A stretch of 64,000 bases of DNA from Octopus vulgaris. Lineage: Eukaryota. Location of the stretch: NCBI GenBank assembly GCA_951406725.2, contig OX597833.1, forward strand, positions 35,960,001 through 36,024,000, given 5' to 3'. Shown here in pieces: positions 1 through 12,522 of the stretch. Numbering within the stretch: the stretch's first letter is position 1; each line of letters begins with the position of its first letter. The notes under the pieces were generated by a model. That model was not told the DNA's origin and ran no database searches. It saw only the letters and a program-made list of their open reading frames with translations. A program made the position numbers and the translations under genes.

Positions 1-241
1 AATACACATATAAAATTCACATGTTAAAGATTGTGCATATACTGCACAGTGCATCATGTGTCACTGAATATTTCCTTCGTTTGTGAACTCAGTTGCAATG
101 ATATAATCTTGCGACATTATATTTTGTCTACATTTTCATGCTAAAGTAAAAAGATCATTCATTGTAAAACTTTTTATGAAAAATCTGTTTCCAGTCAGAT
201 CTCTCTGACCATCACACTGTTAATGCTTAACCTCTTTCTAG

Positions 242-274
<33 letters not shown>

Positions 275-300
275 AAATATATATATTTATATATATATAT

Positions 301-1130
301 ATACACATACATGCATCCTACACACACATACATACACACTCACACATACATACACACACACACACACTCACTCACACACATGCACATACACACACTTCCA
401 CACACACGTACATACATACACACTCATACACATACACACACACACACACGGACATACATCTATACACACACATATACACACACATACTTACATACATTCA
501 TCGGACACACTGACACCCAGACTTACACACAGACACACTCACACATCCACACACATACATACTTACACACACACTCGCAGGCGCGCGCACATACACGCTT
601 GTGCACGTTCGCGCACGCATACACGCATGCATGCACCACGCTCGTGGGTACCGACTAGATCTCCTGTTCGTATCTGGGGCCGGCGCGTGTCTTTGGGTTC
701 TCCCACGCCTTGGGTTCTCCCACGCCTGTCGCCGCTGCAGTTTTTTTTCCTTAAACCCCCCCTTTTTGTACACACACGCACACACATACACACACCCACT
801 CACACACACACATTTGCATATATATATACATTACACTTACACACACTTCAAATTTACTTGCCATACACACAACTACGCACACTGGACACACACACACTAC
901 CACTCAACACACACACTGGCACGTTACATACGCCCCTACCCTTTCCCTCCTTCCCTCTTCCCTCCTTCCTCCTTTTTTTACCACTGACCACTCACTTGAG
1001 ACTTGCTATGTCATCTGTTCGCCCTGCACGCACTAACATATACATATTTTTTGTTTTTTTATCTCGCCTCACACACACATACACACACGCACACGCACAC
1101 ACTCACACATACATACACACGCACACACAC
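301..1130. repeat. Irregular (CA)-rich dispersed repeat with GC-rich core; second copy at 45276-46129
   Basis: Colinear with 45276-46129, including non-repetitive words (CATGCATCCTACACAC, TTCATCGGACACACTG, TTCCTTAAACCCCCC, TTATCTCGCCTCACAC). Confidence 0.85.
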
Positions 1131-1350
1131 AGGTGAGCACATAAGTGAAAACAAAGGGGAAAAAATAGTATTCGAATACCAAAAATAGGGTAATATGATT
1201 TTATTAAAGCAGCACAATTATAACAAAACTGTTATACAGACGTTCACGTTCCTGTCGTCGTGCGGTTTTTATCTCAACTGTCCGATGAACGGGATCGTGA
1301 AAGTCTGAGTAACAGTTTGTGTGATAATTTTGCAGCTTTAATAAAAGTAT
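1131..1350. mobile_element. Penelope-type pLTR-like element with inverted arms (1199-1346)
   Basis: Arms TTTTATTAAAGCAGCACAATTATAACAAAACTGTTA and TAACAGTTTGTGTGATAATTTTGCAGCTTTAATAAAA; opposite-orientation copy at 25214-25372; carries an HHR motif. Confidence 0.65.
1276..1317 (+). ncRNA. Minimal type I hammerhead ribozyme variant (CCGAUGA core)
   Basis: AACUGU-CCGAUGA-ACG(GGAU)CGU-GAAA-GUCUGA-GUA-ACAGUU; 6-bp stem I. One stem III mismatch relative to the sister copy (GAAACUCAGAGUA). Confidence 0.6.
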
Positions 1351-1444
1351 ATATATATATATATACTCTTTTATTTGTTTCAGTCATTTGACTGTGGCCA
1401 TGCTGGAGCACCACCTGTAGACTGAAACAAATAAAAGAATAAAA

Positions 1445-1504
<60 letters not shown>

Positions 1505-1505
<1 letters not shown>

Positions 1506-1818
1506 CGATAAACGTCGCCCTTTTCAAGCCTAGCCAGGCTCGTGGGCCCGGTTTCCCGGTTTCTGTGGCGTATGTGTTACTCCAACTGGACGGGACACCA
1601 GTTCATTGCACCGTTGCTCAAGAAACAGGGAGAGAGAGTGAGAGAAAGTTGTAGCGTAAGAGTACAACAGGGGTCGCCACCCCCGCCCCCTGCCGGAGCC
1701 TCGTGCAGCTTTTAGGTGTTTTCGTTCAATTAAAACACACATCGCCCGGTCTGCGAATCAAAACCGCGATCCTCCGACCGCGAGTCCGCTGCCCTAACCA
1801 CTGGGCCATTGCGCCTCC
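1505..1818 (-). mobile_element. tRNA-derived SINE, family C (tRNA-Arg-like head)
   Basis: Minus-strand head GGAGGCGCAATGGCCCAGTGGTTAGGGCAGCGGACTCGCGG with A and B boxes; related to 3368-3671 and 10591-10688. Confidence 0.85.
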
Positions 1819-1854
1819 ACACACACATACGCACAAACACACGCACACACACAC

Positions 1855-1887
<33 letters not shown>

Positions 1888-2400
1888 AAGAGAGAGAGGG
1901 AGAAAGCGATAAAGAACTTATAAAAGATAAAAATAATTGGCAATGTTGTTTATTTTCGCCCCTAAATGTTGAGCTCGAAGCCCTCTTTCTTAGTCCTATC
2001 ACCGAAGTACGGGATAAAAATATATAAAATATATATATAAATAAATAAGCGGACAGAAAAGAGATAAATATATACATATACACACAATCACATTGACTTA
2101 TACATACACATACACACACATGCATGCATGCGTACATACATACATACATACATACATACATACATACATACATACATACATACATACATACATACATACA
2201 TACATACATACATACATAAAGTTAATGTGAATAACCGGTGGTGCCCAAGCATGGCCACAGCTTTGAGATAAAACTGTTAAAATTTTTTTTTTTAATCTTA
2301 AACAGTCCATGTGCATAATCAACTTAAAATCTGTGTACTTCAACCAGTATAGAAAAAAACATATTTCTCTAGATGTGTACTTATATATGTATATATAGAT

Positions 2401-2587
2401 ACTCTCTTTTACTCTTTTATTTGTTTCAGTCATTTGATTGTGGCCATGCTGGAACATCGCCAGTAGTCGAGCAAATCTACCCCAGGACTTATTCTTTGTA
2501 AGCCTAGTACTGATTCTATCGGTCTCTTTTGCCGAACCGCTAAGTTACGGAGACGTAAACACACCAATGTTGTGGGGGGGGGGACAA

Positions 2588-2620
<33 letters not shown>

Positions 2621-2798
2621 CATATGCATATATACGACAGGCTTCTTTCAGTTCCCCTCTACCAAATCGACTCACAAGGCTTTGGTCGGCCCGAGGCTAT
2701 AGTAGAAGACACTTGCCCAAGGTGCCACGTAGTGGGACTGAACCCGGGACCATGAGGTTGGGAAGCAAGCTACTTACCACACAGCCACTCCACCGCCT
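2401..2798 (-). mobile_element. tRNA-derived SINE, family A
   Basis: Head GTGGCTGTGTGGTAAG...GGTTCAGTCCC, internal (CA/TA)n, (AAAAGAGT)n tail; more than 10 copies in window. Confidence 0.9.
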
Positions 2799-2869
2799 GT
2801 ATTTCGTAAATGTGCATATATCTATGAATATATGAATGTATGCATACATGATTTGAAATATGTATGCCA

Positions 2870-3340
2870 TGAATCAGTTCTGGATCTTATCAGAACTCCG
2901 CAGATTGAGGACAGATTACAAAAGGATGTTCTGCAAGCGATTTACACCCAAAAGACTATATAACGATTTAGTAGAGATTTGAGGTGGGAAATGTACATGG
3001 GTGTACAATTTCGGTCATATGGATAACTCTTGGATAACTCTTACGAGGCACAACGGCCCATGACCATATAATAAAGATCCTTTCCCCTGCGAAAGATTTG
3101 ATGGATTTTGTTTCATTGTGAGCTAGGGATGACAAATTAGAAATGAGAATACTGGCCAGATTAGATGAGCTAATGTCCTCACCTCTATCTCTTAACGATA
3201 GAGGTGGGGATATCAAAATTTAGAAAATGGTAGAGCATGGTCTCTTCAAGATCGATAAAATGCTACTCCCAGGCAAATTCAAATCAAGGTGTTTGCAATT
3301 TGATCTGACCTTGTATGCCAGACTGCAGTGAAAACTGATT
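2870..3340 (-). mobile_element. Highly decayed LINE (CR1/L2-like) remnant
   Basis: Minus-strand peptide PPLSLRDRGEDISSSNLASIL weakly resembles the linker preceding the RT in CR1/L2-type ORF2; stops present. Confidence 0.3.
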
Positions 3341-3367
3341 TTATATGAACATCTACTGACACGAGTT

Positions 3368-3671
3368 TGTTTGTTCCTTCTCGAGCCATGACTGGCTCAT
3401 AAGGGCCGGTTTCCCGGTTTCCTTCGCGTATAGGCTCCCCACCTGGACGGGACGCCGGTCCGTCGCAGGTGAGCTGCAAGATGCAGGAGGAAAGAGTGAG
3501 AGAAAGTTTTGGCGAAAGAGTCAGCAGAAGTTCGCCATTACCTTCTGCCGGAGCCGCGTGGATCTTAGGTGTTTCGCTCATAAACACACACATCGTCCGA
3601 TCTGAGATTCGAACCCGGGATCCCTCGACCGCGAGTCCGCTGCTCTGAGCACTAGGCCATGTGCTTGCACA
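3368..3671 (-). mobile_element. tRNA-derived SINE, family C, with 14-bp TSD
   Basis: TSD TACTGACACGAGTT at 3354-3367 and 3672-3685; tRNA-like head at right end. Confidence 0.9.
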
Positions 3672-3861
3672 TACTGACACGAGTTGCCACATCTGAACGG
3701 AAATGTAATGTCTATATTTACTAGTGGCTATTGAGTGCATGACTTGTAGGTCCCTTGGAGCCATATGAGATGTCATTAGCGATGGGGAGACCGAACGTCA
3801 AATTTTTCTTAAGAGTGAAATGGGTCTGACAAGTGATGTTACCCTGTCACAAGTCTACTTC

Positions 3862-4398
<537 letters not shown>

Positions 4399-4956
4399 CG
4401 CACCTGTCTAATTTCCTTACACAAATTTTAAAAAAAACTCTTCTAAACCGATCGCAACGTTGGAAAACTTTCCATATTGTCAGCAAGTCTCTCAGATACT
4501 CTAGGGTTTCACCCCTTATCCTGTATCACTTCTAAAAAACTGTTAGGTTCTAGCCCTAACCCTATGTTCGTAACCCTTCAGTATTAATGTTAGATGTTTC
4601 TATGTATTCTGCTCATGTATTTTATGGTGGATATGTCAGGAGAGAGTCTCAAAGGACTCAGTCCTGATGCATTTTTCCGGATTGAATTTAATAACTATGA
4701 ATAGAAAGATTTATGTAATCATAAACATATTACTGGTTGTTAGTTGAAAGAATAGAATGTAATGTCTGCCACCTCAAACAAAAAATAAATCAATGAATAA
4801 AAGAAGCTATTTGTGTAAATTGTTTTTAAGGCAACGTAATTTATTTTATGAATAATATCGAATATTTGCTTCAATTTTTGAAACGTGGCCGGCAAGTTTA
4901 CAGAAGTGGGTAAGTCGATTACATCGAGCCCAGTAATCAAATTATATCTATTTTAT

Positions 4957-5187
4957 AAGGCGGCAATCTGGCAGAATCGTTAGCACGCCGGGCAAAATGC
5001 CTAGCAGTATTTCGTCTGTCGTTACGTTCTGAGTTCAAATTCCGCCGAGGTTGACTTTGCCTTTCATCCTTTCGGGGTCGATAAATAAAGTACCAGTTTC
5101 GCACTGGGGTCGATGTAATCGACTTAATCCCTTTGTCTGTCCTTGTTTGTCCCCTCTGTGTTTAGCCCCTTGTGGGTAATAAAGAAA
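4957..5187 (+). mobile_element. tRNA-derived SINE, family B (Meta-like central domain), nested in an opposite-strand family B copy
   Basis: AAGGCGGC..GGCAGAATCGTTAGCAC head; GACTTTGCCTTTCATCCTTTCGGGGTCGATAAA core; TSD TATATCTATTTTAT on both sides. Confidence 0.9.
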
Positions 5188-5510
5188 ACATATATCTATT
5201 TTATCGAACTGAACACAGAAAAGACGGACAAAATGCCGCTAAGCATTCTACCCAGCGTGCTATTCGTTCCACCAGCTCACCGTCTTTGAATAATTTTTAA
5301 TACTGGTTTCAAAATTTGGCACAAGGTTACCAATTTTTCCAGGAGTGGGTATAAGCGATTTGTACCGACCCCAGTGCTTAACTGGTACTTATTTTATCGA
5401 TTTCGAAAATATGAAAGGCAAAGTCACCCTCGGTAGAATTCGGGGAAATTGACAACTGCGAGCACAACATATCTCATATATGCGCAGGATGTATGCATAC
5501 ACACAATCAT

Positions 5511-5546
<36 letters not shown>

Positions 5547-5679
5547 GTATATATATATGATATATATATATATATATATATATTCTTGACCCCATGTCGA
5601 TATATGGGAAACTTTTCAAAATTTTCTCGCGTTAGTATATGACATATAAGTTCATCAGATATATATGCCGTTTATATAG

Positions 5680-5684
<5 letters not shown>

Positions 5685-5742
<58 letters not shown>

Positions 5743-5783
5743 TATATATATATTCATATATATATATTCATATATATATATTA

Positions 5784-5814
<31 letters not shown>

Positions 5815-5856
5815 TTATATGTATATGTATATATATACATATATATATATATATAT

Positions 5857-5895
<39 letters not shown>

Positions 5896-5911
5896 CATAT
5901 GCATGCATCTT

Positions 5912-5944
<33 letters not shown>

Positions 5945-6010
5945 ATATATCACATATATATATATGAAACTCACATATACACACACACATATGTACGCGT
6001 GTATGTGTGT

Positions 6011-6081
<71 letters not shown>

Positions 6082-6095
6082 CGTGTGTGTGTGTA
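5685..6095. repeat. (TA)n and (TG)n microsatellites
   Basis: Directly visible. Confidence 0.95.
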
Positions 6096-6709
6096 TAGTT
6101 TTTCTGAAATAATATAAGTTAACGCTGACTGATGTTGCACAAATATATATGAATATCGCGTACCGCTACAGAAGAAAATGACACAATCCCCACCCTACAG
6201 TCACTTTACTGCATTTCTAACGCTTCTTGTTTCCTCACCGCCCCTTGTATTCCTCACCGCCCCCTATTTTCCTCGCCGCCCCCTTGGATCTTTCCCCCAC
6301 CCTGTGGGCGGTTGTACCGCCTACTTCGAGAATAACTGATTTATGCTTTATAGCAAGTATATGAACATTTTATTTCACTCATTAATAAAAAAAAAATGCG
6401 GTGTATGTTCTGTCATATAACACCTACTCCTATATAGTATGTATCTGATTCTGTTTCAGTTCTTGTCCATTTCTTAAAGTCTTTTGGAATATAGGAAACT
6501 TGAAAAAGAGGAAACACGGAAGAAGTGCTTCATATAAAAGCATTTTCCGTTTCTTTTATATTTTCTCCGGATGTAGGTGACAATATTCCTATACCCTTAA
6601 CAAGCTCTCCGAGACCGAGGATTTTGGCAAGGTTAATGTTTCATTTGAAAAAAACTGGAAACAGGTAAATATCGGCGGGAAAAAATTTTAGGGAAACAAC
6701 TTTGTAGAG

Positions 6710-7331
6710 AAGAAGTTCTCAATCAAAGGTGGCGAACTGGCAGAATCGGTAGCACACCGGGCGAAATGGTTAGTAGTATTTCATGTATTTCATTTGCCGT
6801 TACGTTCTGAGTTCAAATTCCGCCAAGGTCGACTTTGCCTTTCATCCTTTCGAGGTCGATAAATTAAGTACCAGTTACGCACTGAGTTCGATGTAATCGA
6901 CTTAATCCCTTTGCCTGTCCTTGTTTGTTCCCTCTATGTTTAGCTCCTTGTGAGCAATAAAGAAATAAAGAAGTTCTCAATCAGGATCCATATGAATGAC
7001 CCTTGTCGGTCCATGTCAGATCTGATGGGGATGTTCTCATTAACAACTGGGAAACTGGGAATCCATAGCAATATTTATATGTCCATGAAAACTATTGATT
7101 CAGATGCATTTATTGAAAGAAATAGCTCGCTTTTTCTAGCATTCATTTTTCAAAAATTTTAGATATAAGTTGTGCAACTCACACATGTTAATGTATGAAA
7201 AACAAAATAAGAATTTTGGAAGAGATATCTATGAAGTTAGTTTTTAAACATCAATTTCTTATAGGGACCCACTTGAATGAAATAGTAATCAAAGGTGTCC
7301 ATAGATTTTAAAAAATAGTTGGGAAGCACTG
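6710..7331. mobile_element. hAT (Charlie-like) non-autonomous element
   Basis: Ends AAGAAGTTCTCAATC and GTTGGGAAGCACTG resemble the CAGTGGTTCTCAACC TIR; 8-bp TSD TTGTAGAG (6702-6709) and TTCTAGAG (7332-7339) fits the NTCTAGAN target. Confidence 0.7.
6726..6967 (+). mobile_element. SINE family B, full length, 16-bp TSD
   Basis: TSD AAGAAGTTCTCAATCA at 6710-6725 and 6968-6983. Confidence 0.92.
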
Positions 7332-7561
7332 TTCTAGAGAAAAAAGGGATAGGCGAAATAGTCAGTGCAGGCGCTAAATACTCATAGGGTTGGTTTTTTT
7401 CTGTGTACACAACCGAAATAGCCTATCTGATATTTCGATTCTCACCAACCATAAGCCAGAACCACAGACATAACCCTACCTGGTGTATACCCTTTCAAGT
7501 ACCTGATTCTATCGGAATCCTTATCCTACTTCTTATATATATATATATATATATATATATA

Positions 7562-7642
7562 GGCCCCGATGAAGTTATAAGGTGTTACTCAGGCACTCAA
7601 TTATGAGTCCAATGCATCTTATACCAGAAACTGCTGTAAGCT
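7562..7642 (+). ncRNA. Degenerate hammerhead-like motif with long stem II
   Basis: CCGAUGA, long imperfect stem (UAUAAGGUGU/GCAUCUUAUA), GAAAC-UGCU-GUA; stem I weak. Confidence 0.4.
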
Positions 7643-7683
7643 AGAATATATATTTTTTTCTCTCCTTGTTTCTTTCTGTGTTC

Positions 7684-7719
7684 CTTTCTGTGGAAGAGCG
7701 TAGGCTCGAAACGTAAAAG
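7684..7719 (+). ncRNA. Minimal hammerhead variant (CUGUGGA core) in pLTR-like repeat (~7650-7815)
   Basis: CUUU-CUGUGGA-A-GAGC(GUAG)GCUC-GAAAC-GUA-AAAG; palindromic ACGU stem III typical of Penelope-associated HHRs. Confidence 0.55.
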
Positions 7720-7827
7720 ACTTTTTTCAATTCCCGAGCGTAATAGTAATACATCTGTTTGGTTTCTACACCACCTGTCGTCGTCTTTTGCTTTTTTCGT
7801 GAATTCTCCCCCTATTTTTGTGTGTGT

Positions 7828-7907
<80 letters not shown>

Positions 7908-8929
7908 ATGAAGCTCTATCACAGAATGGATTATTAGAAATCAGTTAGTAATTACTAAAGTAACATTCATATCGTTTTCAGTAGCTACATTCTATTTCCA
8001 GATCTTTATAATATAATTTCTGGATTTCACTGAGAGGTGCATTGTTGAGACTTATTAAAAGTATGGTGCAGTTTTTTTATGACACTTGACATTGATGTAC
8101 AGCAATTGGCCTCCTTTTCCCTCTCTGTACAGGTTTGTCATAATCTCTGAGTATGGTCATATTCCCATTCCTTGGGACTATCTCAAGTGAATGTTTATAT
8201 CACCTCTTTTCATATGACTATATGTGTATATAACCAACGATCTTTCTCCTGACTTCTTCAGGCTCTATCATACCTGCTAATGTATTCTCGGTTGGCTAAA
8301 ACTGAGAAGTCAGAAATAATGCAGTTAATTGTTTCTTTCCAAATTTCACATATACAGTTATGTAACATACACGTCTTTGTTATATATCTTTAAAGATTTT
8401 TGACGGTGCGGCTTAGAACCAGGCTCACAATCAAGAAGCCTTCTTTGTCTATTTATTTTCTTTTTAGTTCAGGTATTTTACATTTTTTGAAATGGTAAAC
8501 GTAATTATTAAACAACTATTTTTACAAACTTACGATGTCTCACCTTAGAAAAAAAATCTCTTCCTGTTACCAACAAATGGCTTCAGAACATTTGAACGCT
8601 TACTCCATTGATCTGAAGTAGAAAAAAGATTAATTTTATTAATTTTATTAATTTTATTCTACACGCATTTTTTTTTAATCAACAGTATTGGATTCTGTAA
8701 TAATGAATTTGTTATTATAACTGCAGAAGGAGGTACTAAAACAGTTTTTAAGAACAAACAGAAAATATAATACTGAAACCGATACTTATAAACACAGTCG
8801 ATTTATCATACTAAAATGTAAATTAATACATTAACACTATCAATATTAATACCGTTCAGACTAAGGCAAATACTAGGCATCAGTTTTCTCTAAACAAAGC
8901 AAGAAATATGTCAGGATGGAGTGTACCTC

Positions 8930-9660
8930 TTTCCCATGAATTATGTTTGTGAATGAGGAGCTGGGGGAAGCCTGAGCAATGTTTGGCAAAATTTGTGTTC
9001 AAGCGGATAAGAAAGTGTCTGTCCTGATCTGTAAAACCGAAGACGAGGTGGGAAAAGACATAGAGGGGTGATCTGCCCTTGACTGATCATAGTCTGGCGC
9101 AGAGGTACATGGGTTAAAAGAATGAGGGAATCACAGCCAGGAAATATAAAGAAATATTGGTACGGATGTTTATCCTTGACTTTCCATTACCTTTGAAGCA
9201 GAGCACAAGAAAGAAGTATGCGTGAAGATAACTTGCAATAATATGTGGTCGGTTGGGCCTTGAATGGACATCCAGGTTCGATAAACTCCAAAAAACACAA
9301 GGCTATTGCGAATCTTGGACCCATTGATGGAGTAGAGATGTCAATAACGTTGACAGTGCAAGAGATGTTGACCGGACTGTACACATGCAATTGTAGAGGT
9401 TACTGAAGATTCATCTCCCCAGATGAGGAGAAAAATGGGAAAAAAGTATTGATGAGAAATAGCAGTTGAGATAGCAGGAAAAGGAAGAGCAGGTCATAGA
9501 GGTGAAGAACATGGCCGTTGCTATCGCTCTTTCCAGAACATTAAAAGTTGCAGCTCGAAGAATAGATAGAAAAGAAACAAAGTCACTTGGATCACGATGA
9601 GATAGAGTCCTGAGAAACTGACGAAATTCCTCCTCGAGTACAGGACCGACTAGAGGCTAG
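8930..9660 (-). mobile_element. Decayed CR1/L2-like LINE remnant
   Basis: Minus-strand PFPAISTAISH resembles the PWF..AIS.R linker motif; multiple stops and frameshifts. Confidence 0.4.
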
Positions 9661-9739
9661 GCGCATCATCATCATTTCAAGAGAAATATTTTAAAGAAAT
9701 CAGCGTGAAAAATATTGACTACGGAACGACAACAATACT

Positions 9740-9953
9740 CTCTCTTTTTACTCTTTTACTTGTTTCAGTCATTTGAATGCGGCCAAGCTGAAGTACCGCC
9801 TTTAGTCGTGCAAATCGACCCCAGTACTTATACTTTGTAAACCTAGGACTTATTCTATCGGTCTCTTTTGTCGAACCGCTAAGTTACGGGGATGTAAACA
9901 AACCAGCATCGGTTGTCAAACGATGTTGGGGGGGGGGGGCAACACAGACACAC
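9740..9953 (-). mobile_element. SINE family A, 3' part
   Basis: Matches family A tail and body. Confidence 0.88.
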
Positions 9954-9954
9954 C

Positions 9955-10305
9955 AACTTCAGGTTTCGGAAATACTCCATCCTCAGTTGTTCTTTCATTT
10001 CCTTTTCCATTATCTCTTTAAACTCTAGTACACCAAGGTATTTGTATATTTCCGTTTCAATTTGTTTAATCAAGTCTCTACTCGGTAATTCGATCCCTGC
10101 TAGGGACTGTACTATGCGTCTTTTCAGGTAGATTATTCCGCACTTCTTGAGTCCAAATTCCATTTTAATATCAGTACAAAAACAGTGGACAGTGTTCACC
10201 AAGTAACTCACTTGTGTATCATCTTTGCCATACGGTTTCAAATCGTCCATTTGTTTGTAATTTTTTTCCTTTAGTTTTACCCCAGTTTAATTTTCCTAAG
10301 TATCA
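9955..10305 (-). mobile_element. R4/Dong-like LINE reverse transcriptase fragment
   Basis: MDDLKPYGKD...MEFGLKKC...YKYLGV; closely similar to 60730-61075. Confidence 0.88.
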
Positions 10306-10590
10306 AGGCATTTTGTCCGTCTATACGTTCTGGGCTCAAATACCACCGAGGTCGACTTTGCCTTTCAACCACTTCGTGTCGATGAAATAAGTAACAGTTA
10401 TCTACTAGGCTGTATGTAATTGACTTCTCCGTCCCCTCAAAGTCTGCTGGGCCTGTGCCAAAATTTGAAACCATTATTGTTAGGAATCGATTAATGCTTC
10501 AGACAATAACATTATTGTGAATTTTATGGATGTGATATTTGTGGTCGTAATTGTCGTGATTGTGCTAGTGATAGTGTGGAACCGAGACAG

Positions 10591-10688
10591 GTGGAGGCGC
10601 AATGGCCCAGTGGTTAGAGCAGCGGACTAGCAGTCGGAGGATCGCGGTTTCGATTCCCAGACCAGGCATTGTGAGTGTTTATTGAGCG
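10591..10688 (+). mobile_element. SINE family C head
   Basis: GGAGGCGCAATGGCCCAGTGGTTAGAGC...GGTTTCGATTCCC. Confidence 0.8.
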
Positions 10689-11906
10689 TGTTTATTGCTT
10701 TTGTGATTGTCATTGTGTCTGTCGTTGACCTTATTACAATTAGTGTGGTAATCCAAGAAATCTATTAGGAGTCTGTCCGCTAGAAGTCACAAATACAAGT
10801 AAAGATACAACTTAAAGCGTCTTTATTAATGGTTAGCTTTCTGTCTGACCTAAACTACAATATTTAAGGGTGAACACAGATTTGAACTGTTATCTCTCGT
10901 ATTAATGGGCATTCTTTGTGTAGGGAAATTTAATGCTGATGATTAAGCTATTTTACTTTTTATAAACTGTTTTATTAAATAATCTTTTGTCACCAAAGTG
11001 ATAATCGCTGTATAAAATATCATGCAACCATATTATTTAGAAAGAAATGCTTTTATTTTTCATTACCCCATACTGGTTTATGGCTGGTTATTAAATTGAA
11101 GAACATTACATTTTGTGTGCATTTTCTTTCTTTTTTCTTTGTCTTATTCTTTTTTTGCTCCTTGCACAAACCTCAATTTTAGCTAGAAAGAATCTTAGCA
11201 TATATGTTTGCGGTTGAGAAAATTATGGTGTTTAGGAAAGGATTTTGTCATATAAGCTATCATGTGATTTAGAGATAATAACTTTTATTGCTAAACCCAT
11301 TTTCCTTCTTTGCATGAAGGAGTACTTTGTATTACTATTTTTCATGACATTTATATATTGTTTATCTTATATATTGTGCACAAAATATAAGCCACATAAT
11401 CAAATTCAGGCGTAACCTTTGCGGATTAAAATGATTCCTTAAAAAAATTGAACATTGAATTCACAACACATACATACACACATCACACATACACACACAT
11501 ACATACATGCATACATGTATACATACATACACACACAGATACATATATATAAATAAATACACACACACACACACACACACAAGTACACACACACACAAGT
11601 ACACACACACACAAGTACACACACACACAAGTACACACACACACAAGTACACACACATATACATATATACACATGGATAGACAGAAAAACAGACAGACAG
11701 GCAGATAGATAGATATATAGATATGCTTGTTTCACAGTCTATAGATGGAAAAATATAAATTCATACTTACAAATGCACTCAAATGTATTTGTATACACGA
11801 GTATACGATACACACTATATGTACACAGCACTTGTAGACTTAGAGTGTGCATTATGCATACATATACACACAAACGTAGTATGCATGTGTGTGTGTATAT
11901 ATATAT

Positions 11907-12058
11907 AAAATTCCGCCGAGGTCGACTTTGCCTTTCATCCTTTCGGGGTCGATAAATTAAGTACCAGTTACGCACTGGAGTCGATGTAATCGACTCAATC
12001 CATTTGTCTATCCTTGTTTGTCCCCTCTATGTTTAGCCCCTTGTGGGCAATAAAAAAG
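11907..12058 (+). mobile_element. SINE family B, 5'-truncated
   Basis: Family B core and tail. Confidence 0.88.
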
Positions 12059-12076
12059 TATAGATAGATAGATAGA

Positions 12077-12228
12077 TAAGAGACACCACCACACTGGAAA
12101 TAGCTGTCAAAACTTGACTCTAAAACCACATTAGATGTTCATACAGCACCTCCTGGAGCTGTATGAACATTTAATGCGGTTTTAGAGTCAAGTTTTGACT
12201 GCTATTTCCAGCGTGGTGGTGTCTCTTA
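12077..12228. repeat. Near-perfect inverted repeat (71-bp arms, 10-nt loop)
   Basis: TAAGAGACACCACCAC...CATACAGC pairs with GCTGTATG...GTGGTGGTGTCTCTTA; about 4 mismatches. Confidence 0.95.
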
Positions 12229-12384
12229 GATACCCTAACTTATAATTTTAAATAATTATTACCTTTGAAAGGTTTTTATTTCCATGCTGGCCACCTTATA
12301 AGATCGGTATTTTAAATATCGATCTTATACTTATTTATATAAATTTAGATGGATGGATGGATGGACGGGCGAACGGACAGACGG

Positions 12385-12511
<127 letters not shown>

Positions 12512-12522
12512 CAGATAAATAA

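Noticed and set aside
1745-1818. tRNA gene candidates at SINE heads (also 10592, 12900, 54202)
   Set aside because: A and B boxes are present but run into SINE bodies; acceptor stems are not intact.
4545-4580. Telomere-like CCCTAACCCTA
   Set aside because: Fewer than two full units; insufficient for an interstitial telomeric array.
9400-9450. CUGAAGA, hairpin, GAAA motif
   Set aside because: Spacing is off, there is no stem III or stem I, and it lies within a LINE remnant.
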